From Bacteroidales bacterium (GTDB taxonomy: Bacteria; Bacteroidota; Bacteroidia; Bacteroidales; FEN-979): a stretch of 64,000 bases of DNA. The stretch is from NCBI GenBank assembly GCA_963662525.1, contig OY759717.1:1608392-1672391 (forward strand). Direction: 5' to 3'. Of this stretch, positions 26,479-37,101 are shown piece after piece. The number at the start of each line of letters is the position of its first letter. Position 1 is the first letter of the stretch. A program made the position numbers and the translations under genes. The notes beneath the pieces are model-generated. The model saw nothing but the letters and a program-made list of their open reading frames with translations. It had not been told where the DNA came from and ran no database searches.

Positions 26479-27993
26479 TTAATGTACTATCATTGGCCCA
26501 ACCATCAGTATTTTATGCATCACGGGAACCAGGCCTCCATTGATCATATCCGATAACCACAGGGGGGCTGTACCGATCATGGTGATCCCGAGTATCAGGG
26601 CTACGACACTGATGCGGTCAAACCAACGGGCATCCCGGATCTGATTAAATTCTTCATTCCGGATCTTCCCCAATAACAGGATCCCGACAACCCTCAGGAT
26701 ATAGACTGCCGTGACAACAATAGATGAAGCCACAATGATGGTAGCTACCCGGTGGAAGGTATCGGCATTCTGGAAGGCCCCTACAAAAATGGTCATTTCA
26801 GCTACAAAACCACTGAAACCGGGAAGTCCAAGCGATGCCAATCCGGCGATCACATAGGCTACGGCAAGGAAGGGCATTACTTTCATCAATCCGCCCATCT
26901 CGTTAATGTAACGGGTATGGGTTCTTCCGTATATCATCCCGATCAGGGCAAAAAATAAGGCCGTCATGATTCCGTGAGAGATCATCTGTAAAATCGCCCC
27001 ATTCATGGCGGTCTGATTAAACATCAGAATAGCAAAGAGAACCAGGGCACAATGACTTACGGATGAATAGGCATTGATGTATTTCAGATCCTTTTGCCAG
27101 ACTGCTCCAAGTGCACCATAAATAACTCCGATGGTGGCAAGAATGATAAATATCCAGGCCATGTCGTGCGCGGCTTCCGGCAATAAAAACACGGCTACCC
27201 GGTAACAGCCGTATCCTCCGAGTTTCATTAATACTCCCGCATGAAGCATGGAAACGGCTGTGGGTGCGGAAGCATGACCATCAGGCGACCATGTATGAAA
27301 GGGAAACAGGGCTCCCAGCACTCCGAATCCCACAAAAAGAAAGGGAAAAAGGAACATCTGAACGTTATGCGGGATATGCTCTTTGGAAATTTTTATCAGA
27401 TCAAATGTCAGGGGACCTCCGTTGGGTGCAGAATTAAAGTACAATCCCAGCAATCCGAGCAGTATGAAGGCAGATCCACCCATCAGCATCAGGGTCAATT
27501 TCATGGCGGAATAATGCCGCGGACCGCTACCCCAGATACCAATCAGCAGATACATCGGAATAACAGCCAGTTCATAGAACAGGAACATGGTGAAAAGATC
27601 GAGGGAAATGAAGAATCCGAATACTCCGGAGGCCAATAAGATCAAAGAAATAAAAAACTCTTTCGGCAAATCTACAATATCCCAGCTGGCAAAAATGCCG
27701 GCAAACACCACCAGGGAAGTTAGTCCGATCATGGCTACTGAAACGCCATCCACCCCAATGAAGAAATGGATATTCAGACTTTCGTACCATACATTATCCT
27801 GGATAAACAGAATTTCTGCGGTATTTCCCGCCCTGCGTGCTGCGAGATACAAAAAGATCAATATTATGGCATTGACCAGTTGGAGACTCATCCCAACTAC
27901 AGCGGTCCATTTCACCTGCATATGGTTCCTGGAAAACAGAATGCCGATTACCGTCAGAAGCGGTATGATGATAAATAGGGTAAGAATACTCAT
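26479..27993 (-). CDS. nuoM: NADH-quinone oxidoreductase subunit M
   Basis: FYELAVIPMY, PFHTWSPDGHASAPT, LMKLGGYG, LGLPGFSGFVAE. Confidence 0.96.
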   Translation of the reverse strand: MSILTLFIIIPLLTVIGILFSRNHMQVKWTAVVGMSLQLVNAIILIFLYLAARRAGNTAEILFIQDNVWYESLNIHFFIGVDGVSVAMIGLTSLVVFAGIFASWDIVDLPKEFFISLILLASGVFGFFISLDLFTMFLFYELAVIPMYLLIGIWGSGPRHYSAMKLTLMLMGGSAFILLGLLGLYFNSAPNGGPLTFDLIKISKEHIPHNVQMFLFPFLFVGFGVLGALFPFHTWSPDGHASAPTAVSMLHAGVLMKLGGYGCYRVAVFLLPEAAHDMAWIFIILATIGVIYGALGAVWQKDLKYINAYSSVSHCALVLFAILMFNQTAMNGAILQMISHGIMTALFFALIGMIYGRTHTRYINEMGGLMKVMPFLAVAYVIAGLASLGLPGFSGFVAEMTIFVGAFQNADTFHRVATIIVASSIVVTAVYILRVVGILLLGKIRNEEFNQIRDARWFDRISVVALILGITMIGTAPLWLSDMINGGLVPVMHKILMVGPMIVH

Positions 27994-28005
27994 TCTTCTA
28001 CAGGA

Positions 28006-29928
28006 TTAGTTGGTCCATAAATAAATGAATAGCAAGGCAAGGAAAACGGCGCCGGAAACAAACACCAACGCATATTGCTGAAGTTGCCCGGATTGCAGTT
28101 TTTTAATCCCTCCCGAGGTTTCATTGGTTACATAAGCAATTCCGTTCATGGCTCCATCGACAATGTGACGGTCAAACCAGGCAATCGGGCGGGAAATGTA
28201 ATTGAAAATGATTTTCTTGGTGATGAAGAGATATACTTCATCAATATAAAATTTATGATAGGCTGCCTGGTAAAAAGATCCCAGGGATTGGGTGATCTTT
28301 TTCGGGACTTCCGATTCTTTACGATACAGCAGGGTAGCTACCAGGATACCAACGAGGGCAACCAGGATGGAAGGGATGGCAATCATCCATTCCGTATGAA
28401 CTTCAAAGGGAACTCCATCGCTTGTCACCAGTTTGGCAAATGGGATAAACCCGGTAAAGGCAGCACCTAAGGCCAGGAAAATCAAAGGAATGGTCATGAG
28501 TGCCGGCGCTTCATGCGGGGTATGATGGTAATGAACTTCTTTTCTCCAGAAAACCGAGTAGTACAACCTGAACATATAAAATGCAGTGAGACCGGCAACA
28601 AGATATTCGATGGTAAACAGTACTTTGCTGTGATGGAAAGCAGCAACGAGGATTTCGTCCTTGCTGAAGAAACCCGAAAATGGAGGAATCCCAGATATAG
28701 CCAGACAGGCAACAAGAAAAGTCAGGTGGGTAATGGGAAGGAATTTCCTTAATCCTCCCATTTCATTCATATAATTGCTGTGAACAGCATGAATGATAGC
28801 TCCGGCCCCAAGGAATAACAAGGCTTTAAAGAAAGCATGGGTAAACAGATGGAACATGGAGGCCATGTATCCCAGTCCTTCATGACCGCCATATCCTGAA
28901 ACACCCAGGGCAAGCATCATATACCCGATCTGCGACATGGTGGAATAGGCCAGCACCCGTTTGATGTCAAACTGAGTACAGGCAATGACCGCCGCAAAAA
29001 GAGAAGTAAACGCCCCTACCCAGGCTACAACATCGAGGGCAGAAGGCTCATGGATGAATATCGGGAACATCCTGGCGACCAGGTAAACCCCGGCAACAAC
29101 CATGGTCGCTGCATGGATGAGGGCAGAAACAGGTGTTGGACCTTCCATGGCATCAGGCAGCCAGATATGCAGCGGGAACATGGCTGATTTTCCGGCACCT
29201 CCCATAAATACAAAGATCATGGCCCAGGTCATGGTTGACATTCCCAGGAACCAGACCCCCTGGCCGGAAGAAAATGCCGGGCTGTTGGCGCTGGTAAGGG
29301 TAATGAAATCAAAGGTCCCGGTGGTGTATGAGAGGATCAGGATCCCGATCAGAAAACCAAGGTCGGCAAAGCGGGTGACAATGAAAGCTTTCTTGGAGGC
29401 CGCAACCGCACTGTCTTTGGTATAGTAGAATCCGATCAGGAGATAGGAAGAAACACCCACCAGTTCCCAGAAAATATACATCTGGAAAATATTCGTGGCT
29501 ACCACCAGTCCCAACATGGCAAAACTGAATAAAGACAAGCAGGCAAAAAAGCGCTCAAATCCTTTTTCTCCTTTCATGTATCCGAGAGAATAAACATGAA
29601 CCATAAAGGATACCGTGGTGATGACGATCAGCATCATGACCGAGATGGGATCGAGTAGTACGCCCATATCGATATGCAATTTATCCGTGAGGTTAAGCCA
29701 ACGCATATTGACGGCAAGGATTTTTTCAAAGGCTCCACCTACACCCCTCCCAACGACAAAGAAGTACTGATATGCGGTGACAAGAGAAAGAACCCAGATG
29801 GTAAACAAGCCCGTTGTTCCGATCACGCCCGAGACAAGGGGTTTGAAGCGGTTCCCGAATAAGCCGACCACCACGAAAAGAAACAGGGGAATCAGCAGGA
29901 TCAGCGCAGTGTAACTGAAATCAATCAT
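28006..29928 (-). CDS. nuoL: NADH-quinone oxidoreductase subunit L
   Basis: GKSAMFPLHIWLPDAMEGPTPVSALIHAATMV, FHLFTHAFFKALLFL, QSGQLQQY. Confidence 0.97.
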   Translation of the reverse strand: MIDFSYTALILLIPLFLFVVVGLFGNRFKPLVSGVIGTTGLFTIWVLSLVTAYQYFFVVGRGVGGAFEKILAVNMRWLNLTDKLHIDMGVLLDPISVMMLIVITTVSFMVHVYSLGYMKGEKGFERFFACLSLFSFAMLGLVVATNIFQMYIFWELVGVSSYLLIGFYYTKDSAVAASKKAFIVTRFADLGFLIGILILSYTTGTFDFITLTSANSPAFSSGQGVWFLGMSTMTWAMIFVFMGGAGKSAMFPLHIWLPDAMEGPTPVSALIHAATMVVAGVYLVARMFPIFIHEPSALDVVAWVGAFTSLFAAVIACTQFDIKRVLAYSTMSQIGYMMLALGVSGYGGHEGLGYMASMFHLFTHAFFKALLFLGAGAIIHAVHSNYMNEMGGLRKFLPITHLTFLVACLAISGIPPFSGFFSKDEILVAAFHHSKVLFTIEYLVAGLTAFYMFRLYYSVFWRKEVHYHHTPHEAPALMTIPLIFLALGAAFTGFIPFAKLVTSDGVPFEVHTEWMIAIPSILVALVGILVATLLYRKESEVPKKITQSLGSFYQAAYHKFYIDEVYLFITKKIIFNYISRPIAWFDRHIVDGAMNGIAYVTNETSGGIKKLQSGQLQQYALVFVSGAVFLALLFIYLWTN

Positions 29929-29941
29929 ATTATCATTTTTT

Positions 29942-30009
29942 GATCTGCGATCTGCGATCTGCGATTTGCGAAAAACTTTCGCCTATCGCTTATCGCCTAC
30001 CGCCTATCG
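29942..30009. repeat. Two adjacent 7-bp arrays (GATCTGC x4; TATCGCC-like x4) in the nuoK-nuoL gap
   Basis: Direct reading; the TATCGCC unit recurs at 57096-57120. Confidence 0.85.
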
Positions 30010-30327
30010 TTAATACTTCATTTCATTCATCTTTTCCACATCGATGTTCACGATGCGACGGTATATATTGATGATAATGGCAATCGCCACGGAAGCTTCG
30101 GCAGCAGCAACCGCAATAATGAAAATCGTGAAAAACATCCCTTCCAGGTGACCCGGGTAGAGGATCTTGTTAAAAGCTACGAAATTAATATTGACCGAAT
30201 TCAGGATCAATTCGATCGACATCAGGATTGTGATCAGGTTTTTCCGGACCAGAAATCCATAAATTCCGATGAAGAACATCAGCGTGCCGGTAATCAGAAA
30301 CCATTGTAATGGAACACCTTCAAACAT
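30010..30327 (-). CDS. nuoK: NADH-quinone oxidoreductase subunit K
   Basis: ILMSIELILN, AVAAAEASVAIAI. Confidence 0.96.
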   Translation of the reverse strand: MFEGVPLQWFLITGTLMFFIGIYGFLVRKNLITILMSIELILNSVNINFVAFNKILYPGHLEGMFFTIFIIAVAAAEASVAIAIIINIYRRIVNIDVEKMNEMKY

Positions 30328-30342
30328 ACTATTGAACTTTAA

Positions 30343-30852
30343 TTAATCTTTACGTTTTTTTGCCAAAATAATAGCCCCCACCATGGCGGCAAGCAGCAGG
30401 ATGCTGATCACTTCAAACGGCAGGGCATATCCGAATTTCTCCGTACTGATCAGGCTATGCCCGATCACCCTGACATCAGTTCTATCGGTTCCTGCTATTT
30501 CGGTAGGGAATTGATACTGCAGGATGGTGAGGATACAAATAATTGCCCCGGCAGCTGCGGCCATAAATGCCGGGATGATCTTCTTCCAGCCCGGAGCTTC
30601 CAGTTTCTCTGCAATATGACTGGTAAGCAGGATGGAAAAAATGATTAAAACAACTATACCACCGGCATACAGGGTCAGTTGTATTGCTGCAAGAAAATTG
30701 AACCTCAGCAAAAAGTACATGCCTCCTGTAGCCACCAGCACAAACAACAGGAATGTGGCTGCCCGCAGGATTCGTCGGCTGGTCACCGTTAAAATGGAAA
30801 AAATGAGGATGACTGCAGCAAAGATCGCAAACATCAATTGATTGGTCGTCAT
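30343..30852 (-). CDS. nuoJ: NADH-quinone oxidoreductase subunit J
   Basis: QLTLYAGGIVVL, LPFEVISILLLAAMVGAI. Confidence 0.95.
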   Translation of the reverse strand: MTTNQLMFAIFAAVILIFSILTVTSRRILRAATFLLFVLVATGGMYFLLRFNFLAAIQLTLYAGGIVVLIIFSILLTSHIAEKLEAPGWKKIIPAFMAAAAGAIICILTILQYQFPTEIAGTDRTDVRVIGHSLISTEKFGYALPFEVISILLLAAMVGAIILAKKRKD

Positions 30853-31331
30853 TCTACAATATCTTTAAGGATGGATGAACCGGGTTGATTTAAAATTTTG
30901 GTCAGCTTGGAACGGTCGAACACCGCATGCTCAAACTCCTGTCCCCAGGCAAGAGCATTCGACGGACAGGTCTTGATGCATAATCCGCAAAAAGTACACA
31001 TGCCAAGGTGATAAATATGCTTGTCGATGATGCGCTTCTTTTTACCTTCGGGGGTATCGATCTTGTCCTGGATGATCTCGATAGAACCATTGGGACAATT
31101 GGTTTCACAAATTCCGCAACCGGTACAGCGATGTTCATTATGCGCATTATGCGGCATGATTACTTCTCCCTTGAACCTGTCGTACATTTTCAGGGTCTTC
31201 CGGTTTTCGGGATATTGCTGGGTCACTATTTCCCAGGGACTGAAGAAGTATCTTCCGGTGACCTTCATCCCCGTCAGGAGCGATTTGATTGCGTGGAAGA
31301 TGTCTGCAAAATATTTAAAGAAGCTGCTCAT
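30849..31331 (-). CDS. nuoI: NADH-quinone oxidoreductase subunit I
   Basis: TQQYPE, CTGCGICETNCP, CTFCGLCIKTCP. Confidence 0.94.
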   Translation of the reverse strand: MSSFFKYFADIFHAIKSLLTGMKVTGRYFFSPWEIVTQQYPENRKTLKMYDRFKGEVIMPHNAHNEHRCTGCGICETNCPNGSIEIIQDKIDTPEGKKKRIIDKHIYHLGMCTFCGLCIKTCPSNALAWGQEFEHAVFDRSKLTKILNQPGSSILKDIVE

Positions 31332-31337
31332 AGTTTT

Positions 31338-32426
31338 CTAAAAATGCCAACCCATTAATACAACAAATGCCATGATAAGGATATTGACCAGGTTTATGGG
31401 CAATAAATATTTCCATTCCAGGGTCAGAAGCTGGTCGATTCGCAAACGCGGGAATGTCCACTTAAACCACATCATTACCCAGATGATAAAGAAGGTTTTA
31501 CCGATATACCAAACAAATGGCGGGATAAAATCCATAATATGGTTAAATCCATCCCAGCCGCTCACATGAAAAGGCATCCAGCCCCCGAGAAAAACGGTAG
31601 CGGCAATGGATGCCACGATAAACATATTCATATATTCTGCCAGGAAAAAGAAGGCAAATTTAATCCCGGAATATTCGGTATGAAATCCTGCTGTCAGCTC
31701 TGACTCGGCTTCAGCCAGGTCAAAAGGTCCGCGGTTTGTTTCAGCAGTACTCGAAATTAAAAAGATGATAAAGGCGATCAGGGCAGGAATATGTCCTTTG
31801 AAAAGAAACCAGCCATCACGCTGCCCTTCAACGATAGCAGAAAACTGCATGGTCCCTGCCAGAATAATGATAGTGAGCAGGGAGAGTCCGACGGATAACT
31901 CATAACTCACGATCTGGGCGCCGGAACGCATGGCGCCGATCAGGGAATATTTGTTGTTGCTCGACCATCCGGCCAGCAGAATACCCACAACACCCAGAGA
32001 AGAAACGGCAATTACATATAAAATGCCAATATCGAAATCGATGGCATGTAACCCCTTCGCAAACGGAATGGCTGCAATGGCCATAAAGGAGGCGCAGATC
32101 ACGATAAAGGGAGCAATGTTGAACAGCAGCCGGTCCGCATTTTTGATATAAACCAGTTCCTTCATCAGCAGTTTAAAGAGGTCGGCAATGGTTTGAAAGA
32201 AACCATAGGGTCCAACCCTGTTGGGACCGACACGATTCTGCATAAACGCGCAGACTTTTCGTTCGGCATAAACCAGGAAAAGACCAATGAGCGCATAAAA
32301 AAGCAAAACAAGCAGTCCGATGATCGTCATCTCCACCATAAGAGCCCAGAAAGGAGGAAGGCTATCATAAAGAAATTTATCGATCCATTGGTTAAAAGAC
32401 GTAAAGTCGTAAATGCTAAAATTCAT
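31338..32426 (-). CDS. nuoH: NADH-quinone oxidoreductase subunit H
   Basis: [35 protein letters not shown]. Confidence 0.97.
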   Translation of the reverse strand: MNFSIYDFTSFNQWIDKFLYDSLPPFWALMVEMTIIGLLVLLFYALIGLFLVYAERKVCAFMQNRVGPNRVGPYGFFQTIADLFKLLMKELVYIKNADRLLFNIAPFIVICASFMAIAAIPFAKGLHAIDFDIGILYVIAVSSLGVVGILLAGWSSNNKYSLIGAMRSGAQIVSYELSVGLSLLTIIILAGTMQFSAIVEGQRDGWFLFKGHIPALIAFIIFLISSTAETNRGPFDLAEAESELTAGFHTEYSGIKFAFFFLAEYMNMFIVASIAATVFLGGWMPFHVSGWDGFNHIMDFIPPFVWYIGKTFFIIWVMMWFKWTFPRLRIDQLLTLEWKYLLPINLVNILIMAFVVLMGWHF

Positions 32427-32438
32427 AGCGTGATAGTA

Positions 32439-33566
32439 TTATCTGTCAATATCCGGAATAACATAATCTAAGGAACCGCCTATAGCGACCAGGTCGGCAA
32501 TTTTACCCCCGCGGCTGATATGATCCAGAGCACTGAGGTTGGAAAAATTGGGAGAGCGGAATTTCATGCGGTAAGGCGTTTTGTTTCCATCACTCAGCAC
32601 ATAAACGCCGAGTTCTCCCCGGGCAGCTTCCACACGCTGGAAGTATTCGCCGGCAGGCAGTTTGAGAACGGCCTTCATCTTGGCAGTATAGTCACCTTCA
32701 GGAATGTTGTCGATCAGCTGCTCAATGATCTTCATGGATTCATGCATTTCATGCATTCTGACCATGTATCTGGCAAAAGTATCTCCCTCATGCATCAGGA
32801 TCTCATTGAATTCAACTTTATCATAAACCCCGTATGGATGATGCTTCCTGACATCACAGGCAAAGCCTGACCCCCGGCCCGAAGGGCCGGTAACGCCATA
32901 ACTGATGGCATCTTCTTTGGATAATATCCCAACGCCCTTGGTACGTTCCTGCATAATGATATTCCCGGTAAGCAGATCATCGTAATCCTTGATTTTCTTT
33001 CTGAAATACTTGATGAATGCCTTCACGTTCCTCTGAAAATCCGGATGAATGTCCATCATCAGCCCGCCGGGGGTGTAATAGGAATGCAGAAGCCGTGATC
33101 CGAAAGATTCTTCGAAAATGTCAAGAATTTTTTCCCGGTCACGCAGGCCATAGAAGAAACAGGTCAGTCCGCCCATATCCATACCAAAACTGCACCACCA
33201 GAGCTGATGGGAGGCAATACGATTCAGTTCATCGATGATGGTGCGGATATATTTTACGCGCTCCGGAACTTCGACTTCAAGTGCTTTTTCAACCAGCAGG
33301 CAGACTGCATGGTTATTGATGTGGGCCGAAAGATAATCCATCCTGTCGGTGAGATGAATGATCTGGGGATAAGTATCCTTTTCACACATTTTTTCGATGC
33401 CGCGATGGATATACCCGCAATGGGGCTTGAGACTTTTTACGATTTCACCCTGAAGGGAAACCACCAGCCGCAATACGCCATGGGTAGAAGGATGCTGAGG
33501 ACCCATATTGATATGGTATTCTTCCTCCTCAACATTTTTAACAGGCAGGTTTACGATTTCTTTCAT
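32439..33566 (-). CDS. nuoD: NADH-quinone oxidoreductase subunit D
   Basis: NMGPQHPSTHGVLRL, HRGIEK, DRMDY, SLDYVIPDIDR; no Ni-binding CxxC. Confidence 0.96.
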   Translation of the reverse strand: MKEIVNLPVKNVEEEEYHINMGPQHPSTHGVLRLVVSLQGEIVKSLKPHCGYIHRGIEKMCEKDTYPQIIHLTDRMDYLSAHINNHAVCLLVEKALEVEVPERVKYIRTIIDELNRIASHQLWWCSFGMDMGGLTCFFYGLRDREKILDIFEESFGSRLLHSYYTPGGLMMDIHPDFQRNVKAFIKYFRKKIKDYDDLLTGNIIMQERTKGVGILSKEDAISYGVTGPSGRGSGFACDVRKHHPYGVYDKVEFNEILMHEGDTFARYMVRMHEMHESMKIIEQLIDNIPEGDYTAKMKAVLKLPAGEYFQRVEAARGELGVYVLSDGNKTPYRMKFRSPNFSNLSALDHISRGGKIADLVAIGGSLDYVIPDIDR

Positions 33567-33569
33567 ACC

Positions 33570-34028
33570 TTAAAATTCTACGATATTGACTTCATCCACA
33601 TAATCCTTGCGTAAAGGATGGCCCTTCCAGTCTTCTTCCAGGAAAAGACGGCGCAGATCAGGATGATGATTGAACCTGATGCCCAACAAGTCATAGACCT
33701 CTCTTTCATGAAATTCAGCCGTTCTCCAGATATCACAGACCGTATCAAAGGCAGGATTGACACGGTCTTCCGTTTGTACCTTTAAAACCAGCTGATGCTG
33801 ATGCCGGGTTGACTCCAGGTGATAAACCACCATCAGCTGCTTGACCAGGTCAACCCCGGTCAGGCAAAACAAATAATCAAAAGCAAGATCATCCGCGCTT
33901 TTGAGTATCAGGGCAAGGCCATGCAGTTCAGCCGGAGGAATGAGAAAAGTGAGAAACTGTTTGTTCTCCTGGAATTCTGCGCCGGGAACCAGACCCAAAA
34001 TTCTATCCTTTAATGTTGCATTATCCAT
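33570..34028 (-). CDS. nuoC: NADH-quinone oxidoreductase subunit C
   Basis: EFHEREVYDLLGIRF..HPDLRRL..GHPLRKDY. Confidence 0.96.
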   Translation of the reverse strand: MDNATLKDRILGLVPGAEFQENKQFLTFLIPPAELHGLALILKSADDLAFDYLFCLTGVDLVKQLMVVYHLESTRHQHQLVLKVQTEDRVNPAFDTVCDIWRTAEFHEREVYDLLGIRFNHHPDLRRLFLEEDWKGHPLRKDYVDEVNIVEF

Positions 34029-34036
34029 CTTTGGAA

Positions 34037-34591
34037 TTATCTAAGTAAATCATCAGTACTTCTCGGGTCAGCCATGGTTTCCAGCTTGATCTTGCGCTGT
34101 AACTGCATCACGCCATAAAGCAGGGCTTCCGGTCGCGGAGGACAGCCGGGAACATACACATCAACCGGGATCACATGATCCACACCACGAACCACATGGT
34201 AAGAATTATAAAAGAACGGACCGCCGGAAACAGCGCAGGCGCCCATGGCGATCACGTATTTGGGATCAGACATCTGGTCGTATAACCGCTTGAGAACAGG
34301 AGCCATCTTGTTAACTATCGTACCTGCAACCACAATCACGTCAGCCTGACGGGGACTGGCACGGTAAACTTCTATCCCGAACCGGGCAAAGTCATGACGC
34401 GATGCCCCGGTGGCCATCATTTCAATTCCGCAGCAACTGGTAGCAAAGGTCAATGGCCAAATGGAATTGGAACGACCCCAGTTGATCATTGCATCAACGG
34501 TAGTAAGTAAAATATTGCCCCCCGATTTTTTAAACAATTCCAGGGTTTCATTATCGCGGAAATCCGCTTCTTTCATATTCTTTATTCCCAT
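34037..34591 (-). CDS. nuoB: NADH-quinone oxidoreductase subunit B
   Basis: [32 protein letters not shown]. Confidence 0.97.
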   Translation of the reverse strand: MGIKNMKEADFRDNETLELFKKSGGNILLTTVDAMINWGRSNSIWPLTFATSCCGIEMMATGASRHDFARFGIEVYRASPRQADVIVVAGTIVNKMAPVLKRLYDQMSDPKYVIAMGACAVSGGPFFYNSYHVVRGVDHVIPVDVYVPGCPPRPEALLYGVMQLQRKIKLETMADPRSTDDLLR

Positions 34592-34932
34592 TTCAATGCT
34601 CCTTTCTTCCAGGCATATAAAAGACCCAAACCCAGCACAAAAAAGAAAATGATGATTTCAACGAAGGCGGTCATACCGGTTTCTTTCATGATAACTGCCC
34701 AGGGGAAAATGAATACACTTTCCACATCGAACACCAGGAAGATAATGGCAAACAGGTAATACCCCACGTTAAACTGAAGCCAGGTAAGGCCTTCGGTAGG
34801 GATACCGCATTCATACGGTTCCGCTTTCTGGGGATTGGTAGAAGTAGGCGCAACATAGTGGGAGAATACCAGGGCGAACCCAACAAGAAACGCCCCTACG
34901 ATAAAGAAGAGGATCAGACTTTCTGCACTCAT
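34582..34932 (-). CDS. nuoA: NADH-quinone oxidoreductase subunit A
   Basis: [20 protein letters not shown]. Confidence 0.97.
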   Translation of the reverse strand: MSAESLILFFIVGAFLVGFALVFSHYVAPTSTNPQKAEPYECGIPTEGLTWLQFNVGYYLFAIIFLVFDVESVFIFPWAVIMKETGMTAFVEIIIFFFVLGLGLLYAWKKGALKWE

Positions 34933-34960
34933 AATGTGAATCTATTAACAGACGTGCCGG

Positions 34961-34968
34961 CAAAATTA
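34961..34968 (-). promoter_or_regulatory. -7 promoter element of the nuo operon
   Basis: TAATTTTG on minus strand, 28 bp upstream of nuoA. Confidence 0.6.
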
Positions 34969-35045
34969 GAAAATTATTTGAGATAAACTAATCTGCCCAC
35001 CCCGGTAAATATCAAGATGCAAGTTGATATTTGTCAATGCATTCG

Positions 35046-35053
35046 TACATTTG
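35046..35053 (+). promoter_or_regulatory. -7 promoter element of the DUF3109 gene
   Basis: TACATTTG. Confidence 0.55.
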
Positions 35054-35067
35054 TGCATTAATCAAAC

Positions 35068-35622
35068 ATGATCTCTCTCGAAAACACCCTTATTTCCGAC
35101 GACATAAAGTCAACGTTCTTCAGCTGCGATATGGAGAAGTGCAAAGGAGCATGCTGCGTGGAAGGCGATGCCGGGGCGCCGCTGGAGGAAGAAGAAATAT
35201 CCCTGCTGGATGATTATATCGATGAGATCAAACCTTTTATGGAGGAGGAGGGAATACAGGAAGTATCACACCTCGGTGTGTTCGATTACGATGCAGAGGG
35301 CAGGTTTGTTACGCCACTGGTGAAAGGCAGAGAATGTGCTTTTATATTTTTTGAGGAAGGAATCGCCCGTTGTGCCATTGAAAAAGCTTTCCAGGAAAAA
35401 AAAATTCCTTTCCCAAAACCTGTATCCTGCCACCTGTATCCGATCAGAATAACGTCAGTATTCGAGGGTGATGCCCTGAACTATCATAAATGGGAAATTT
35501 GCAGGAAAGCGCTGGAGAAAGGGCATAAAGAAAAAATGCCCCTCTACGAATTCGCAGCCGGGGCATTGATACGTAAATACGGAAGGAACTGGTATAACAA
35601 ACTGCTTAAGTTACTGCATTAG
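35068..35622 (+). CDS. DUF3109 family Cys-rich protein
   Basis: FSCDMEKCKGACCVEGDAGAPL, KPVSCHLYPIR. Confidence 0.88.
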   Translation: MISLENTLISDDIKSTFFSCDMEKCKGACCVEGDAGAPLEEEEISLLDDYIDEIKPFMEEEGIQEVSHLGVFDYDAEGRFVTPLVKGRECAFIFFEEGIARCAIEKAFQEKKIPFPKPVSCHLYPIRITSVFEGDALNYHKWEICRKALEKGHKEKMPLYEFAAGALIRKYGRNWYNKLLKLLH

Positions 35623-36139
35623 CGCCTCCGCTCAGCGCCAGGGCAGCTCTTTTTGCCGTTGCCATGGCGGCAAATTCCTTATCCATTAAAAACAAACCTT
35701 CGGTACCGGCCAGTTTGATCTGATCGAGAATGCTGCGAACCGTACTCTCCTCTTCTATCTGTTCCGTAATGTACCATTGCAGGTAATTTGCTGAAGTAAA
35801 ATCCTTCTCCTGGGTGCAGATGGCATATAGCTCGTTGATGGAAGCCGAGATGTATTCCTCGTGTTTCAATACCTGTTGGAAAACATCCAGCAGTGATTTG
35901 AATTTTGCTGGCGGAGCTTCAAGTGCAGGTATTATTGCAGCCCCTCCCCGGTCGTTGAGGTAATGAACCAGTTTCAGCATATGGATACGCTCTTCTTCGG
36001 TCTGGACATAGAGCCAGTTGGCCGCCCCGGGATAGCCGTTGCGTTCAGCCCAGGAAGCCATCGCCAGATAAATGCGTGAAGAATGCTCTTCCCGCTTGAT
36101 CTGCTCGTTTATCGCCTTTTCAACATTCTTTGTTATCAT
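35606..36139 (-). CDS. ftnA: Non-heme ferritin
   Basis: NEQIKREE.SS.IYLAMASW, EEERIH, HEEYIS, LQWYITEQIEEE ferroxidase residues. Confidence 0.93.
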   Translation of the reverse strand: MITKNVEKAINEQIKREEHSSRIYLAMASWAERNGYPGAANWLYVQTEEERIHMLKLVHYLNDRGGAAIIPALEAPPAKFKSLLDVFQQVLKHEEYISASINELYAICTQEKDFTSANYLQWYITEQIEEESTVRSILDQIKLAGTEGLFLMDKEFAAMATAKRAALALSGGANAVT

Positions 36140-36171
36140 AAATTCTGTTTTTAAAATCCACGCTCATTATC

Positions 36172-36206
36172 ACTTTGTTTCTTTGTCACTTTGTTACCTT
36201 GTCACC
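36172..36206. repeat. 8-bp-period array that includes the atpG TGA stop
   Basis: Near-identical to 7372-7406. Confidence 0.85.
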
Positions 36207-37092
36207 CCCTTAATGCTTCCGCCCCGCTGACGATCTCAAGAATTTCATTGGTAATGGAGCTTTGCCGTGTTTTATTATAAGTAATGTTAAGGGCTCTCAG
36301 GATATCCTTGGCATTTTCTGTGGCCTGGTGCATGGCTGTCATCCTGGCGCCCTGTTCCGACGCAAAAGAATCGAGCAGGGCTTTAAAAAGTTGTATCCTT
36401 AGCGTCTTTGGAATAAGTTCCCTGACGATAGTTTCCTTATCCGGCTCAAAGATATAATCGGCGTCCATAGTGCGTCGGGAAACAGATTTTTCAGGCCGTA
36501 CAGCAGAGACGGGAAGATATTGTTCAACGATCAGGTTCTGGACAGCTGCATTTTTAAACTGATTATAAATGATATCTATCCTGTCGTATTCTTTGCCGGC
36601 AAAAGCTTTCATCAGCTTTTCCGCCAGGGGAGCAACATTGCCGAAGGTAAGCTGGTCAAAAAGTTCATCATGCGATTCGATGACAGGGAATTTACGTTTT
36701 CTGAAAAATTCCGTTCCCTTCCTGCCAATGGTGATCAGGCTTACATTATTTTGCTGAAACTGGCTGGCGTACAAGGTATTCAGCTGATTAAGCGTCATTT
36801 TAATAATGTTGGAATTAAATCCCCCGCATAGCCCGCGGTTGGAAGTAAGTACCAGAAGCAATATTTTTTCGGGTTTACGTTCCTCTGAAAAAACACTTTC
36901 ATTGGAGTTTTCGATGCTGCTGCTAAGGTTTTGAAGAATATCGCGCAACTTCGCTGCATAAGGCCGCAATTTGATGATGGCATTCTGTGCCCTCCTCAAC
37001 TTGGAAGCCGCAACCATTTTCATGGCATTAGTGATCTGTTGGGTAGATTTAACCGATGCGATCCGTATCCTTACTTCCTTCAGTCCGGCCAT
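36202..37092 (-). CDS. atpG: F1 ATP synthase gamma subunit
   Basis: QITNAMKMVAASKLR, SNRGLCGGFN, ARMTAM, RQSSITNEILEIVSGA. Confidence 0.98.
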   Translation of the reverse strand: MAGLKEVRIRIASVKSTQQITNAMKMVAASKLRRAQNAIIKLRPYAAKLRDILQNLSSSIENSNESVFSEERKPEKILLLVLTSNRGLCGGFNSNIIKMTLNQLNTLYASQFQQNNVSLITIGRKGTEFFRKRKFPVIESHDELFDQLTFGNVAPLAEKLMKAFAGKEYDRIDIIYNQFKNAAVQNLIVEQYLPVSAVRPEKSVSRRTMDADYIFEPDKETIVRELIPKTLRIQLFKALLDSFASEQGARMTAMHQATENAKDILRALNITYNKTRQSSITNEILEIVSGAEALRG

Positions 37093-37101
37093 GCTTGATT
37101 T

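Noticed and set aside
32439-34591. Group 4 [NiFe]-hydrogenase (Ech-like)
   Set aside because: The large subunit has RMDY and SLDYVIPDIDR instead of the two Ni-binding CxxC motifs; gene set is nuo
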